From an uncultured bacterium (GTDB taxonomy: Bacteria > RBG-13-66-14 > B26-G2 > WVWN01): a stretch of DNA of 46,850 nucleotides. Below are positions 26,496 through 35,580 of this stretch, piece by piece (the stretch's first letter is position 1; each line of letters opens with the position of its first letter). The notes under the pieces are model-generated. The model was given only the letters and a program-made list of their open reading frames with translations, was not told where the DNA came from and did no database searches. The translations under genes were made by a program, and so were the position numbers. Location of the stretch: the NCBI GenBank assembly GCA_965602215.1, contig CBFCYS010000001.1:1-46850 (forward strand). The letters are read 5' to 3'.

Positions 26496-28619
26496 TTACT
26501 CGGAAGATATCCCGAAGTCGCGCTCGAAAGCCGGGTCGCGGGGGCCGCCCAGCGAAATATAATCTCGGTAGGCCGCGCGCGCCCGTTCGATATCCCCTAC
26601 CTTGCCGTACAACACCGCCAAAAAGCCGAAGACTTCCGAAGATGTAGGTTGGAGGCCGGCCTCCCGTTCGAAATATTCGAGGGCGGCCAGGTAATCTTCA
26701 TTTTGGTAATAAATCCGGCCGGCGATCATACCGGGGCCCGGCAGATTGGGGTTCGCTTCCATCGCCGCGTGCGCGTACGTCAACGCGTCCGCGACGTTCC
26801 CCATAGACAAGTCCAATTCCGCCAACCGATATAGGACGGACGCGTCGCCCGGCATCAATTCCGCGACGCGGCGGTACGCCATTTCGGCCCGTCGGTAATC
26901 CCCCAGGCCGATGTAAACTTCACCCAGCTGCGTCCACGCCGGGATGTATCCCGGCTCGAGCATGACGGCGCGATGCAGCGACGGCAGCGCCTGGTCGAGC
27001 CGGCCGACGCGGACAAACGCGATAGCCAGGTTGTAATGCATCTCCGGCCGGTCGGGGGCGACGATGGTCCCGCGCCAGAAAGCCTCTATCGCCGTATCGA
27101 CTTGCCCCGCGTGTTCGTAGGCCATACCCAGCATTATAAACCCCTGGTACATTTCCGGCGTAAGCTCGGTAGCCTTTTTTAAATACGATATGGACGATTC
27201 GTAGTCGCCCTCGTCGAAATAATATTTACCGTAGCGGTAGTAGCTCTGACCGAAAGCGCCGTCCCGGCTAATACCGGGCGGAGGCCACATCGCGAAAGCG
27301 CCCACCGCTATTGCGGCCGCGGTCAAAGCCGCGGCAGGCCGCCAACGCCAACGCCGCCAGAGGTCATACCACAACACCAACCCCGCGCCCGCGAAAACTA
27401 TTACCATCGGGACCATCGGCAGCCGGTAACGGGCCGAAACGAAGAACGCCAAAACCGACAGCGCGTACGTTGCCACGAACAGCGCGCCGGCGGTTCGCGC
27501 GAAGGGCGACTTACGCCACCCCACCGCCAAACCAATTACGCCGAACGGAAATACGAAACCGAACCAGGGCACCTGCACGCGGTGGAACGGCGATATGAAT
27601 TTCATGAAATAAAAATCTACGTTAAGGCTTACCTCGTAATCGTTTAAAAAGTAACGTATCTTACGCCCGTACAATTTCGCCGCTTCGCCCGGGTGGTCCC
27701 GGAGCCACGTTAGGCCGTTCGACGACCACCACCGCGAAACCTCGGACGGTTTCATCTCGCGGCCTTCGAACTCCCGGGCGACCAACGTCGCCATGTCTTT
27801 ATTCAATTCCGCGGGCCTACCCTGATACACCTCGCCCAGGTTCCAGTAAACGCCCGTGGCGTTGGGCGAGTTGCCGAGGTAGAAGTTGAGCCCCCCTTGC
27901 GACGATACCACGACGAAATCGCCCCCCACGACGAAGTTGCGCAGCGTCGCCGCCAACACTATAACGGCTATCGGCGCGAAGTAGGCCGCGATCCGGCGCC
28001 ACTTCAAACGCTTGACGTACACGACGAAAAGCGGCACCGCCGCTAATACGAAGACAAACAGGTTCGTCCGGTCCAACACCGCCAAACCCAATAGCGCACC
28101 CGCGCCGGCGAAATTCCACCACCGACCCTCCACCCCGCGCGCCAACAGGTAAAACGAACCCGCTATCAAGAATATGTCCAGCGACACCGGGAGCACGAAC
28201 GAGCTGAAAAATATCGCCGGAAGGTACAGCGCCCATATCACGCCCGCCACCTTCGCCGGCCTCTCCCCCAACGCCCGACGCGCGAACCCGTAGAGGAACA
28301 GCGCCGAGCCTACTTCCAACGCGATATGTACGAAACGCACCACCGTCAAGTGCGGCCCGATCAAACGGTAGATTATCCCCAAAAAGTACGCGTACAACGG
28401 CCCGATGAAGAAAACGTCTTCCCCGCCGAGCCAATCCCCCGACGCTATCCCCTGTGCCCAGTTGTTGAAGAAAAATGCGTCCGGGATATGGCGGAGGTAC
28501 GTGAAGAACGGGTCGTGCGCTACGCTCGCCAGGTAGACGGCCCGCGTCGTCAACGTCGCCGCCGCCAACGCCAGCGGCCAACGGTTGTCCAGTACCCAAT
28601 TTTTAAATTTCGAATTCAA
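26496..28619 (-). CDS. GT-C fold glycosyltransferase (family 39 / ArnT-PMT-like) fused to C-terminal TPR repeats
   Basis: I trimmed to TTG 28619 (AGGAGC 6 nt upstream) because the longer track ORF reads through the tRNA. The first ~480 aa carry many TM helices, and the remaining ~230 aa are TPR-like (…AYEHAGQVDTAIEAF…HYNLAIAFVRVGRLDQA…). Confidence 0.8.
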   Translation of the reverse strand: MNSKFKNWVLDNRWPLALAAATLTTRAVYLASVAHDPFFTYLRHIPDAFFFNNWAQGIASGDWLGGEDVFFIGPLYAYFLGIIYRLIGPHLTVVRFVHIALEVGSALFLYGFARRALGERPAKVAGVIWALYLPAIFFSSFVLPVSLDIFLIAGSFYLLARGVEGRWWNFAGAGALLGLAVLDRTNLFVFVLAAVPLFVVYVKRLKWRRIAAYFAPIAVIVLAATLRNFVVGGDFVVVSSQGGLNFYLGNSPNATGVYWNLGEVYQGRPAELNKDMATLVAREFEGREMKPSEVSRWWSSNGLTWLRDHPGEAAKLYGRKIRYFLNDYEVSLNVDFYFMKFISPFHRVQVPWFGFVFPFGVIGLAVGWRKSPFARTAGALFVATYALSVLAFFVSARYRLPMVPMVIVFAGAGLVLWYDLWRRWRWRPAAALTAAAIAVGAFAMWPPPGISRDGAFGQSYYRYGKYYFDEGDYESSISYLKKATELTPEMYQGFIMLGMAYEHAGQVDTAIEAFWRGTIVAPDRPEMHYNLAIAFVRVGRLDQALPSLHRAVMLEPGYIPAWTQLGEVYIGLGDYRRAEMAYRRVAELMPGDASVLYRLAELDLSMGNVADALTYAHAAMEANPNLPGPGMIAGRIYYQNEDYLAALEYFEREAGLQPTSSEVFGFLAVLYGKVGDIERARAAYRDYISLGGPRDPAFERDFGISSE

Positions 28620-28643
28620 GAGTGTGCTCCTATGTAAATTTAA

Positions 28644-28661
28644 GCCCCCTCGAGCGGGGGC
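28644..28661 (-). terminator. GC hairpin just 3' of tRNA-Glu
   Basis: Minus strand GCCCCC-gctcga-GGGGGC followed by TTAAATTT. It lies between the tRNA 3' end (28665) and the RBS of the GT-C gene. Confidence 0.4.
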
Positions 28662-28664
28662 CGT

Positions 28665-28736
28665 TAGCGCTACGGGGATTCGAACCCCGGTCTGATGGCT
28701 GAGAACCACCTATCCTAACCCCTAGACGATAGCGCC
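28665..28736 (-). tRNA. tRNA-Glu (anticodon CUC)
   Basis: Hand-folded as GGCGCTA TC GTC TAGGGGTTA GGAT A GGTGG TTCTCAG CCATC AGAC CGGGG TTCGAAT CCCCG TAGCGCT A. The layout parallels E. coli tRNA-Glu (TCGTCTAG...GGA, TTCGAATCCCC). No CCA is encoded. Confidence 0.85.
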
Positions 28737-28744
28737 TCGGCTTC

Positions 28745-28773
28745 TATATAACGTAAACGCCGTACAGTGTCAA
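28745..28773 (-). promoter_or_regulatory. Near-consensus promoter of tRNA-Glu
   Basis: Minus strand TTGACA(28773..28768)-17 nt-TATATA(28750..28745). Only 8 nt separate the -10 from the mature 5' G at 28736. Confidence 0.55.
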
Positions 28774-28864
28774 GGTTATAATAAAATCGCGCGCACGTCG
28801 ATAACAAAGGTTTACGGGAACGCCGTTTTCTGATATAAATACGGAAGCCCTAACGGCTTTCGCT

Positions 28865-30415
28865 ATGCTCCCGGTAAACCGAAAACTCTCGAGCCGCGAC
28901 TTCCTGCTCGCTGTCTTCGCCGCGGCGGTCCTCACGTTCGCGTTCCCGCGCTTCGACGTCGAAGCGTTGGCGTTCGTCGCGCTCGTGCCGCTGCTCGTCG
29001 CCTTCGAAGGTTTGAACGTCCGCCAGGGCGCCTGGCTGGGTTACGTCTTCGGCCTGCACTGGAACGTCTTCCTTCTATACTGGCTGTCGCCGGCGACGAC
29101 GCCCGGGTTCATATGCGCCGTCATCTACCTCGCTTTATACCAGGCGCTCTTCGGCTTCCTGTACGTCGCGGCCCGGCGTCACGGCCGGCTGCCGGCGCTG
29201 CTTTGCGCGCCGGTGTTGTGGGTCGCGGTGGAATGGCTGCGTTCCATCGGTTATCTCGCCTTCCCCTGGGGCCTGCTGGCCCATTCCCAATATAAATTTA
29301 ACCTGCTGATACAAATCGCCGACGTCGCCGGGACCTGGCCGGTGTCGCTCGCGGTCGTCGCCGTCAACGTCCTCGTCTATTATATCCTGACAAATCGCCG
29401 CCACGTCGCTACGTGGCTGCGCGCCGGCGGGGCCGCGGCGGCGCTGTTCGGCGCGCTTTGCCTCTACGGCGCGCTCGCCCGCGTTACCCCCGACGAGGGA
29501 CAACCCATCCGCGTCGCGGTCCTGCAACCCAACATCGACCAGGACGTCAAGTGGGACCCGGAGTACCGCGACCAGACGATACGCGTGCTCGTGAACCTGA
29601 GCTACGAGGCGAAGCGCGAGGGGGCGACGTTGATAATCTGGCCCGAGACGGCGACGCCGTTCTACCTCTTCGAAGACCCGTTCTACCGCGAGTTAATCTT
29701 CGACGTCGCCGAGGATTTATCGGTCGACCTCCTCACCGGGACGGTCGAGCGGGACCCCAGGCCTAACGTCGTCCGCGGCCGCGACCACTACCGCTACAAC
29801 GCCGCCGCGCTCATTACGCCCGCTCGCGGCGTAGCAGGCCGCTATGCCAAAGTCCGGCTGGTGCCGTTCGGCGAACATATCCCCTGGGAAACGGACGTAC
29901 CGGCCGTTACCGAAACCCTTTTCGCCGACTCCGGCGACTTCACCCCCGGCCCGGGCTGGGAAGTCATCCGCCCCCCCGGCTATGACTTCGGCTGCCTGAT
30001 ATGCTACGAGGCGGTCTTCCCCGACATATCGCGCGCGTACTCCCGCGGGGGCGCGGACTTCCTCGTCAACATCACCAACGAAGCCTGGTTCGGCCGGACC
30101 AACGCCCCCTACCAAACGTTGTCATCCGCGGTCTTCCGCGCGGTCGAGAACCGCAGCTGGTACGTCCGCGCCGCCAATACGGGCGTTACCTGTTTTATAG
30201 ACCCCAACGGCCGCGTCGTACGCAAGTCCAAGATATATATCCGCAACCAGTTGACGGACGACGTCCACCGCCGGCAATACCTCACATTTTACGCCCGCCA
30301 CGGCGATTGGTTCGCGTACGTGGCCTTCGCGGCCGCGGCGATTATCTGCGGCTGGACGCTATTCACCGTCGCTAAGCAATATTGGCTGTCACGGCGGCGG
30401 CGGACGGGCCACTAA
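28865..30415 (+). CDS. lnt: Apolipoprotein N-acyltransferase
   Basis: 516 aa. An N-terminal multi-TM region is followed by a CN-hydrolase domain (VAVLQPNI, LIIWPETA, LICYEAVFP with the catalytic Cys). Confidence 0.9.
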   Translation: MLPVNRKLSSRDFLLAVFAAAVLTFAFPRFDVEALAFVALVPLLVAFEGLNVRQGAWLGYVFGLHWNVFLLYWLSPATTPGFICAVIYLALYQALFGFLYVAARRHGRLPALLCAPVLWVAVEWLRSIGYLAFPWGLLAHSQYKFNLLIQIADVAGTWPVSLAVVAVNVLVYYILTNRRHVATWLRAGGAAAALFGALCLYGALARVTPDEGQPIRVAVLQPNIDQDVKWDPEYRDQTIRVLVNLSYEAKREGATLIIWPETATPFYLFEDPFYRELIFDVAEDLSVDLLTGTVERDPRPNVVRGRDHYRYNAAALITPARGVAGRYAKVRLVPFGEHIPWETDVPAVTETLFADSGDFTPGPGWEVIRPPGYDFGCLICYEAVFPDISRAYSRGGADFLVNITNEAWFGRTNAPYQTLSSAVFRAVENRSWYVRAANTGVTCFIDPNGRVVRKSKIYIRNQLTDDVHRRQYLTFYARHGDWFAYVAFAAAAIICGWTLFTVAKQYWLSRRRRTGH

Positions 30416-30455
30416 TATCCGAAATCAATTTTTAGGCCGTAAGGAGGTCGTACCG

Positions 30456-31703
30456 ATGACCGTACTCAGAACCATCTCCATAATATTCATCTTCTTCTGC
30501 TCGGTCGTAGCGTGGGTCGTCCTCGGCGGAACCCTCGTTCACCGGACGGACAAAGCGAAAGAATTCGGCGCCGACGCCGTAGGCCAACTCTGGGGCACGG
30601 AGCAGCGCCAACAAGCCCCCCTCTTCCATTATATGGTAGCGCGCGAAGTCGAGGTCGTAGCCGGCGAAGGCGAAGAACCGGAGAAAACCGAAAAGAAAGT
30701 AATCGAGGAACCGGTTTACGTCGAGCCGACCGGCACGGAAGTCGACGTCGACTTAAAATTAGAACACCGAAAAAAAGGCCTTTTATGGTTCAGCACGTAC
30801 GTCGTCGACTACCGCGCCAAGTACAGCGTTACGAACGACACGTCGGAACCGCGTAAGATTTTCGTCAACTTCTTCTTCCCGGCGACGAACGCCCTCTACG
30901 ACGACTTCACGTTTCGCGCCAAAAACGAAGAGGTTGATTTCCCGCCCGGCGCCGCCGACGGCATTACGGCCTCCTTCGAACTCGCCCCGGGAGAAACCGC
31001 GGACGTCGTAATCGGCTACAAGTCGCCCGGCCTCGACCGCTGGATATACTCGTTCTCCGACGGCGTTACGCGCGTGCGGGATTTCACGCTCAACGCCCAC
31101 ACCGATTTCGACAGCGTTGACTTCCCGGAAGGGTGCGTCTCGCCCACCGCCAAGGAAAAGACGGCCGACGGGTGGAACCTGACGTGGCAGTATAAAGACC
31201 TCGTTACCGGGTACCAGCTCGGCGTCGAGATGCCCAAGAAGCTTGACCCGGGCCCCATCGCCAGCCGGATGTCGTTCTTCGCCCCGGTCTCGCTCTTATT
31301 CTTCTTCACGGTCCTATTCATAATATCCGCGGTCAAGGCGGATAAAATCCCGCCCCTCCACCCGATGAACTACTTCTTCCTGGCGGCGGCCTTCTTCGCT
31401 TTCCACCTCCTCTTCGCCTACCTCGCCGACCACATTGGCATACACCTGACGTTCCTGGCGTCGACCCTCGTCTCGTGCGTGCTGGTCTTCGTTTACGTCG
31501 CTCTGGCGCGCGGCGCGCGGTACACGGTCGCGTACGCCACGTTCCCGCAGCTCATGTTCCTGGTGCTGTTCTCGTACGCCTTCTTCTACCCGGGATACAC
31601 GGGCCTTATAATAACGATCGGCGCCATCGTCACGTTGGCGGTACTCATGATCTCCACGGCTCGCGTCGATTGGGCGGCCAAATTCGGCGCTAAACGCAGC
31701 TGA
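30456..31703 (+). CDS. Cell envelope integrity protein, CreD family-like
   Basis: 415 aa. It has an N-terminal TM, a large periplasmic region and a C-terminal TM bundle. LHPMNYFFL...ADHIG...TARVDW parallels E. coli CreD LHPMQYLLV...SEHTG...TRNIDW (from memory). Confidence 0.65.
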   Translation: MTVLRTISIIFIFFCSVVAWVVLGGTLVHRTDKAKEFGADAVGQLWGTEQRQQAPLFHYMVAREVEVVAGEGEEPEKTEKKVIEEPVYVEPTGTEVDVDLKLEHRKKGLLWFSTYVVDYRAKYSVTNDTSEPRKIFVNFFFPATNALYDDFTFRAKNEEVDFPPGAADGITASFELAPGETADVVIGYKSPGLDRWIYSFSDGVTRVRDFTLNAHTDFDSVDFPEGCVSPTAKEKTADGWNLTWQYKDLVTGYQLGVEMPKKLDPGPIASRMSFFAPVSLLFFFTVLFIISAVKADKIPPLHPMNYFFLAAAFFAFHLLFAYLADHIGIHLTFLASTLVSCVLVFVYVALARGARYTVAYATFPQLMFLVLFSYAFFYPGYTGLIITIGAIVTLAVLMISTARVDWAAKFGAKRS

Positions 31704-31708
31704 GGTAA

Positions 31709-31740
31709 AGGCGTCGCGTTTGGCGCGGCGCCTTTTTTTT
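31709..31740 (+). terminator. Rho-independent terminator after the creD-like gene
   Basis: AGGCGTCGCG-tttgg-CGCGGCGCCT (10-bp stem with one G.U pair) followed by a T run of 7-8. Confidence 0.8.
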
Positions 31741-31748
31741 GCTATAAT
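31720..31748 (+). promoter_or_regulatory. Candidate promoter of the histidine kinase gene (overlaps the terminator)
   Basis: TTGGCG-17 nt-TATAAT, 34 nt upstream of the start at 31783. Confidence 0.35.
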
Positions 31749-31782
31749 ATAAACGAGCAACCGACCTTAATATCCGAGAGAC

Positions 31783-32610
31783 GTGTTTATGCCTGAAAAG
31801 CTCGAAGAAGACCCGACCGAAACGGCTACCGCCCCGGCGACCCCGGCGGCGTCACCTATCGAAAACGCGTGTCCCGTCGAAGAACGGCGCTACGACTACC
31901 TACTCACGCTGGTCCACGAGTTCCGCAACCCGCTGGCGGCTCTGGCCGGCGCCGTCGACATCTTAGAAGACGAACTCCGGCCTTACCTCGACCCCAAAAA
32001 GCGCGAGTTCTTCGACATAGTGGAAGTCAGCCTCGCCCGTTTGAACCAGATGCTCGACGAGATGCTTGAGCTTACCGCCCTCGAGGGGCGCGATATCGAA
32101 TTAAATTACGAAACCGTTGACGTCGCCGCGCTTTGCCGGGACGCCCTCGCCGAGTACGAACCGCGCGCCGAGGTCTTTAAGGTCAAGTTAAACCCGGTAA
32201 AGGCCGAAGGCAACCTGGCGAAAGCCGAATGCGACCCCGAACTCATAACGAGAGTAATAGCGAATTTAGTATCCAACGCCGTGAAATACAATGGGCCGGA
32301 CGGCGAGGTCGACATATCGTTGTCGGCTCGAGACGGGAGCCTCCGCGTCGCCGTCGCCGATACCGGGACCGGCATCCCGGAGGCGGACTTCGGCAAGGTA
32401 TTTACGCGCTTCTACCGCGCCCCGGAGGTACGCCGGCGGAAAATCGCCGGTACCGGCCTGGGGCTCGTTATAGCCAAGAATATCGTCGAGCTCCACGGCG
32501 GCGAGATGTCGTTTACCTCGCGCGCCGGCCACGGCTCGATTTTCTGGTTTACGATTCCGTTTAAAAGGGCGGAAAAAACGGACGCCGAAAATGACAACCG
32601 CGGTTCGTGA
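31783..32610 (+). CDS. Soluble sensor histidine kinase (HisKA + HATPase_c, no TM or obvious sensor domain)
   Basis: H-box LVHEFRNPLAAL, N-box NLVSNAVKY, G1 DTGTGI and G2 GTGLGLVIAKNIVELHGG. No response regulator is adjacent. Confidence 0.85.
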   Translation: MFMPEKLEEDPTETATAPATPAASPIENACPVEERRYDYLLTLVHEFRNPLAALAGAVDILEDELRPYLDPKKREFFDIVEVSLARLNQMLDEMLELTALEGRDIELNYETVDVAALCRDALAEYEPRAEVFKVKLNPVKAEGNLAKAECDPELITRVIANLVSNAVKYNGPDGEVDISLSARDGSLRVAVADTGTGIPEADFGKVFTRFYRAPEVRRRKIAGTGLGLVIAKNIVELHGGEMSFTSRAGHGSIFWFTIPFKRAEKTDAENDNRGS

Positions 32611-32752
32611 AAAGGGGGTAAGCAGGCGTTCTTTTCTGGGGTTGCTCGCGGCCGCGGCGGCCTTCCTGTTAACGCGGCTGCCGGGACGGCGAAACGACGG
32701 CAAGCCGACGAAGGCCCGCTTTTGGCGTCGGCTGGGGGACGACAAGAAATAA
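32591..32752 (+). CDS. Possible small (53 aa) protein with a twin-arginine signal motif
   Basis: This is my own read and falls below the track's length cutoff: MTTAVREKGVSRRSFLGLLAAAAAFLLTRLPGRRNDGKPTKARFWRRLGDDKK. SRRSFL matches the Tat consensus and is followed by an h-region. The RBS is weak and the ORF overlaps the HK 3' end by 20 nt. Confidence 0.25.
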   Translation: MTTAVREKGVSRRSFLGLLAAAAAFLLTRLPGRRNDGKPTKARFWRRLGDDKK

Positions 32753-32804
32753 ACTGACCTACTTCGGATGCACGTAGAAACGGGCCCGAACGCGGGCCCG
32801 TATT

Positions 32805-33548
32805 TTACTTCACCCGTTTTCCGGGCGGGCTTGCCCTGTAAAACGGGAAAAGCTTCGCCGCCCTGCCGAACACCTTGTATAATAGCGCGACCGGCGTATA
32901 CAATATTAATAGGAAATCCTCTCCCAAAGACCAGTTGGAGACGTACGCGGAGTCGGAGGCGAGCTTGTCGACGAGGATGTTGTCGACATAATTTTCGTCG
33001 ATATTAACCGGCGATAAAAATTCCTCCTCGGCGATGTATCGAAGTTGCGTGGGGCCGGTTATCCCGGGCCGGAAACGCAAAATCCGACGGTGCTCCGGCG
33101 TAAGGGCCGACATAAACCGGGGCAGGTCGGGCCGCGGCCCCACCAGGCTCATCTCGCCGCGCACGACGTTTATCAAGTTGGGAAGTTCGTCGAGCTTGGT
33201 GACGCGCAGGAAGTTGCCCACGCGAGTTATACGCGGGTCGCCGGCGCCGGTAAGGTCCGGGCCGAGCTGCGGCGCGTCTTTTACCATGGTGCGGAACTTG
33301 AAGATGAAGAACGGCTTGCCTTCTTTACCGGTCCGTTCCTGGCGAAAGAATACCGGCCCGGCGCTGGTAACCTTTATTAGGAAAGCGATAACGGCGAAGG
33401 CCGGCGAAAGCACGACAAGCGCGGCGGCCGCCCCGACTAGGTCGAAGGCGCGCTTCACGTAATTCAAGCCGAAGGACGCTTCATCCTTTTTATCGCGCGC
33501 GGCCTTACGCACAATATAGATTATAAAGGCCCCCGCCCGAGATGTCAA
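32805..33548 (-). CDS. Polyprenyl-phosphate sugar-1-phosphate transferase (bacterial sugar transferase, WbaP/PglC-like)
   Basis: KRAFDLVGAAAALVVLSPAFAVIAFLIK..S.GPVFFRQERTGKEGKPFFIFKFRTM...DPRITRVG.FLR...LDELPNL.NV..GEMSLVGPRP. The start is uncertain (TTG 33548 or GTG 33458). Confidence 0.85.
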   Translation of the reverse strand: MTSRAGAFIIYIVRKAARDKKDEASFGLNYVKRAFDLVGAAAALVVLSPAFAVIAFLIKVTSAGPVFFRQERTGKEGKPFFIFKFRTMVKDAPQLGPDLTGAGDPRITRVGNFLRVTKLDELPNLINVVRGEMSLVGPRPDLPRFMSALTPEHRRILRFRPGITGPTQLRYIAEEEFLSPVNIDENYVDNILVDKLASDSAYVSNWSLGEDFLLILYTPVALLYKVFGRAAKLFPFYRASPPGKRVK

Positions 33549-33581
33549 TTTTTAAGCCCGAGGGCCGACGTCCCTTTGCCG

Positions 33582-33611
33582 TTGACTTGAAATCGCTAAC
33601 TTTGCTAAAAT
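33582..33611 (+). promoter_or_regulatory. Candidate promoter of thrS
   Basis: TTGACT-18 nt-TAAAAT, 22 nt upstream of GTG 33634 (AAAGGAAAA RBS). Confidence 0.4.
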
Positions 33612-33633
33612 AGCGTGAAAGGAAAACGCGATT

Positions 33634-35577
33634 GTGGATATAGAAATTAATGTCGAGGGCTTCGGCCCCGTAAAAGTCAAACCCGACGCGACCCTCCTTG
33701 AGGTAGCGGCGGCCGCGGCCGTGAAGGACGCGCTCGTCGCCCGCCGCGGCGACGCACTGGTAGACCTCGCCGCCGCCGCCCAGGCCGGCGAGACGGTGGC
33801 GTTCCTGAGTTACGAGGACGAAGCGGCGCGGGAGGTTTTCCGTCATACCGCCTCGCATATCCTCGCGCACGCGCTGACGGACCTCTACCCCGACGTCAAG
33901 CTGGCCATAGGACCCGCGACCGCCGACGGTTTCTACTACGACTTCGACGCGTCGGCGACCATAAGCGACGACGACCTCCCCAGGATAGAGGAACGCATGC
34001 GACAGCTCGCCGAGGCCGACCTCCCCATCGAAAGGGAGGAAATAACCAAGGCCCAAGGCCGTAAGCTGTTCGCCGGCAACCCGTACAAACTCGAGCTCGT
34101 CGACGAGATCGCGGATAAACAAGTAATAATATACCGGCAAGGCGACTTCGCCGACCTGTGCCTGGGGCCCCACCTTCCCTCCACCGGTTACGTCAAGGAG
34201 CTGAAGATCACCGCCCTGGCGGGCGCGTATTGGCGCGGCGACGAGCGCAACGACATGCTCACCCGCGTATACGGAACCGCCTACCGCAAGCCGGAGGAGC
34301 TCGAACTTCACCTGGCGCGCGTCGAGGAGGCGAAGCGCCGCGACCACCGGACGCTGGGGCGCGATCTTAATATATTCTCCATCGCCGAGGAACGCGGCGC
34401 CGGCCTGGTCTACTGGCACCCGAACGGGGCGTTCGTGCGGGACCGCATCGAGGCCTTCTGGAAAGAGGAACACCAACGGCGCGGGTACCAACTCGTCATG
34501 ACCCCCCACATCGCCCGCGCCCGCCTGTTCGAGACGTCGGGCCACTTCCAGTACTTCCTCGATAACATGTACACCTTCGACGTCGACGGCGTACCGTACG
34601 TCCTCAAGCCGATGAACTGCCCCATGCACGTCGCCATCTACAAGTCGCGCGTCCACTCCTACCGGGAACTGCCGATTAGATACGCCGAGCTGGGGACCGT
34701 TTACCGAAAAGAACGCTCGGGAACGCTCCACGGCCTCCTGCGCGTCCGCGGCTTCACCCAGGACGACGGCCATATATTCTGTACCCCCGACCAACTGGTG
34801 GACGAGCTGTGCGGCTGCGTAGACCTGGCCATATTCCTCCTGCATACTTTCGGCTTCACCTCGTACGATATAGAACTCTCGGCCCGCGACCCCGAACAGC
34901 CGGAAAACTACGCCGGCACCGCGGAGGAATGGGCGCGGGCGGAGGACGCTCTCGCCGAAACGCTCGAGCGCCTCGAGCTCCCCTATAATCGGATGGAGGG
35001 CGAGGCCATCTTCTACGGCCCGAAAATAGATTTCCAAATTTACGACGCGTTGGGGCGGAAATGGCAAGGCCCCACCATCCAATTCGACTTCAACCTACCG
35101 CCCCGCTACGGCGTTAAGTACATAGGTTCGGACGGCGCCGAACACCAGTGTTATATGATCCACCGCGCTATGTTGGGCTCGTTCGAGCGCTTCTTCGGTA
35201 CGCTGCTCGAACATTACGCCGGCGTCTTTCCACCCTGGCTCGCGCCGGTCCAATTACGCATTATACCGGTGAACCCCGACTTCGCACCGTACGCCGCCGA
35301 GCTGGCGGCCGCAATGAACGCCGCGGGCCTGCGCGTCGACGTGGACAACTCGGACGGCAAACTGAACGCTAAAATCCGAGCCGGCGAGTTGGCCAAGGTG
35401 CCCTATCTCGCCGTCGTCGGCAAAAGAGAAAGCGAAGCCGGAACGTTGGCGCTGCGCCGCCACGGCGGCGAGGACCTCGGCGCGATCGACGCCGAACGCC
35501 TCGTCGAAGCCTTCAGGGAAGCGACTGCGAATAAGGCCGTCGCGCTCGAGCTCGCGGGAGGAGACGTAAATAATTAG
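33634..35577 (+). CDS. thrS: Threonine--tRNA ligase
   Basis: 647 aa. It has a TGS-like N-terminus, the editing-domain motif HTASHILA, class II core motifs (FRHE-like RKERSGTLHGLLRVRGFTQDD, MIHRA) and an anticodon-binding C-terminus. Confidence 0.95.
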   Translation: MDIEINVEGFGPVKVKPDATLLEVAAAAAVKDALVARRGDALVDLAAAAQAGETVAFLSYEDEAAREVFRHTASHILAHALTDLYPDVKLAIGPATADGFYYDFDASATISDDDLPRIEERMRQLAEADLPIEREEITKAQGRKLFAGNPYKLELVDEIADKQVIIYRQGDFADLCLGPHLPSTGYVKELKITALAGAYWRGDERNDMLTRVYGTAYRKPEELELHLARVEEAKRRDHRTLGRDLNIFSIAEERGAGLVYWHPNGAFVRDRIEAFWKEEHQRRGYQLVMTPHIARARLFETSGHFQYFLDNMYTFDVDGVPYVLKPMNCPMHVAIYKSRVHSYRELPIRYAELGTVYRKERSGTLHGLLRVRGFTQDDGHIFCTPDQLVDELCGCVDLAIFLLHTFGFTSYDIELSARDPEQPENYAGTAEEWARAEDALAETLERLELPYNRMEGEAIFYGPKIDFQIYDALGRKWQGPTIQFDFNLPPRYGVKYIGSDGAEHQCYMIHRAMLGSFERFFGTLLEHYAGVFPPWLAPVQLRIIPVNPDFAPYAAELAAAMNAAGLRVDVDNSDGKLNAKIRAGELAKVPYLAVVGKRESEAGTLALRRHGGEDLGAIDAERLVEAFREATANKAVALELAGGDVNN

Positions 35578-35580
35578 GGT

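Noticed and set aside
28620-28709. N-terminal extension of the GT-C ORF (track start 28709) and the N-terminal extension of ORF 5408..6019
   Set aside because: The first extension reads through tRNA-Glu, and an RBS plus TTG at 28619 fits better. The second overlaps the methyltransferase gene, and an internal ATG gives a proper signal peptide with a TAATG junction.
28600-28900. tRNA-adjacent genomic island or integrase
   Set aside because: There is no integrase, no direct repeat of the tRNA 3' end and no phage or IS genes nearby. The flanking genes are lnt and a glycosyltransferase.
33505-35082. 525-aa minus-strand ORF antisense to thrS
   Set aside because: ThrRS motifs are unambiguous on the plus strand and the antisense product has no family resemblance.
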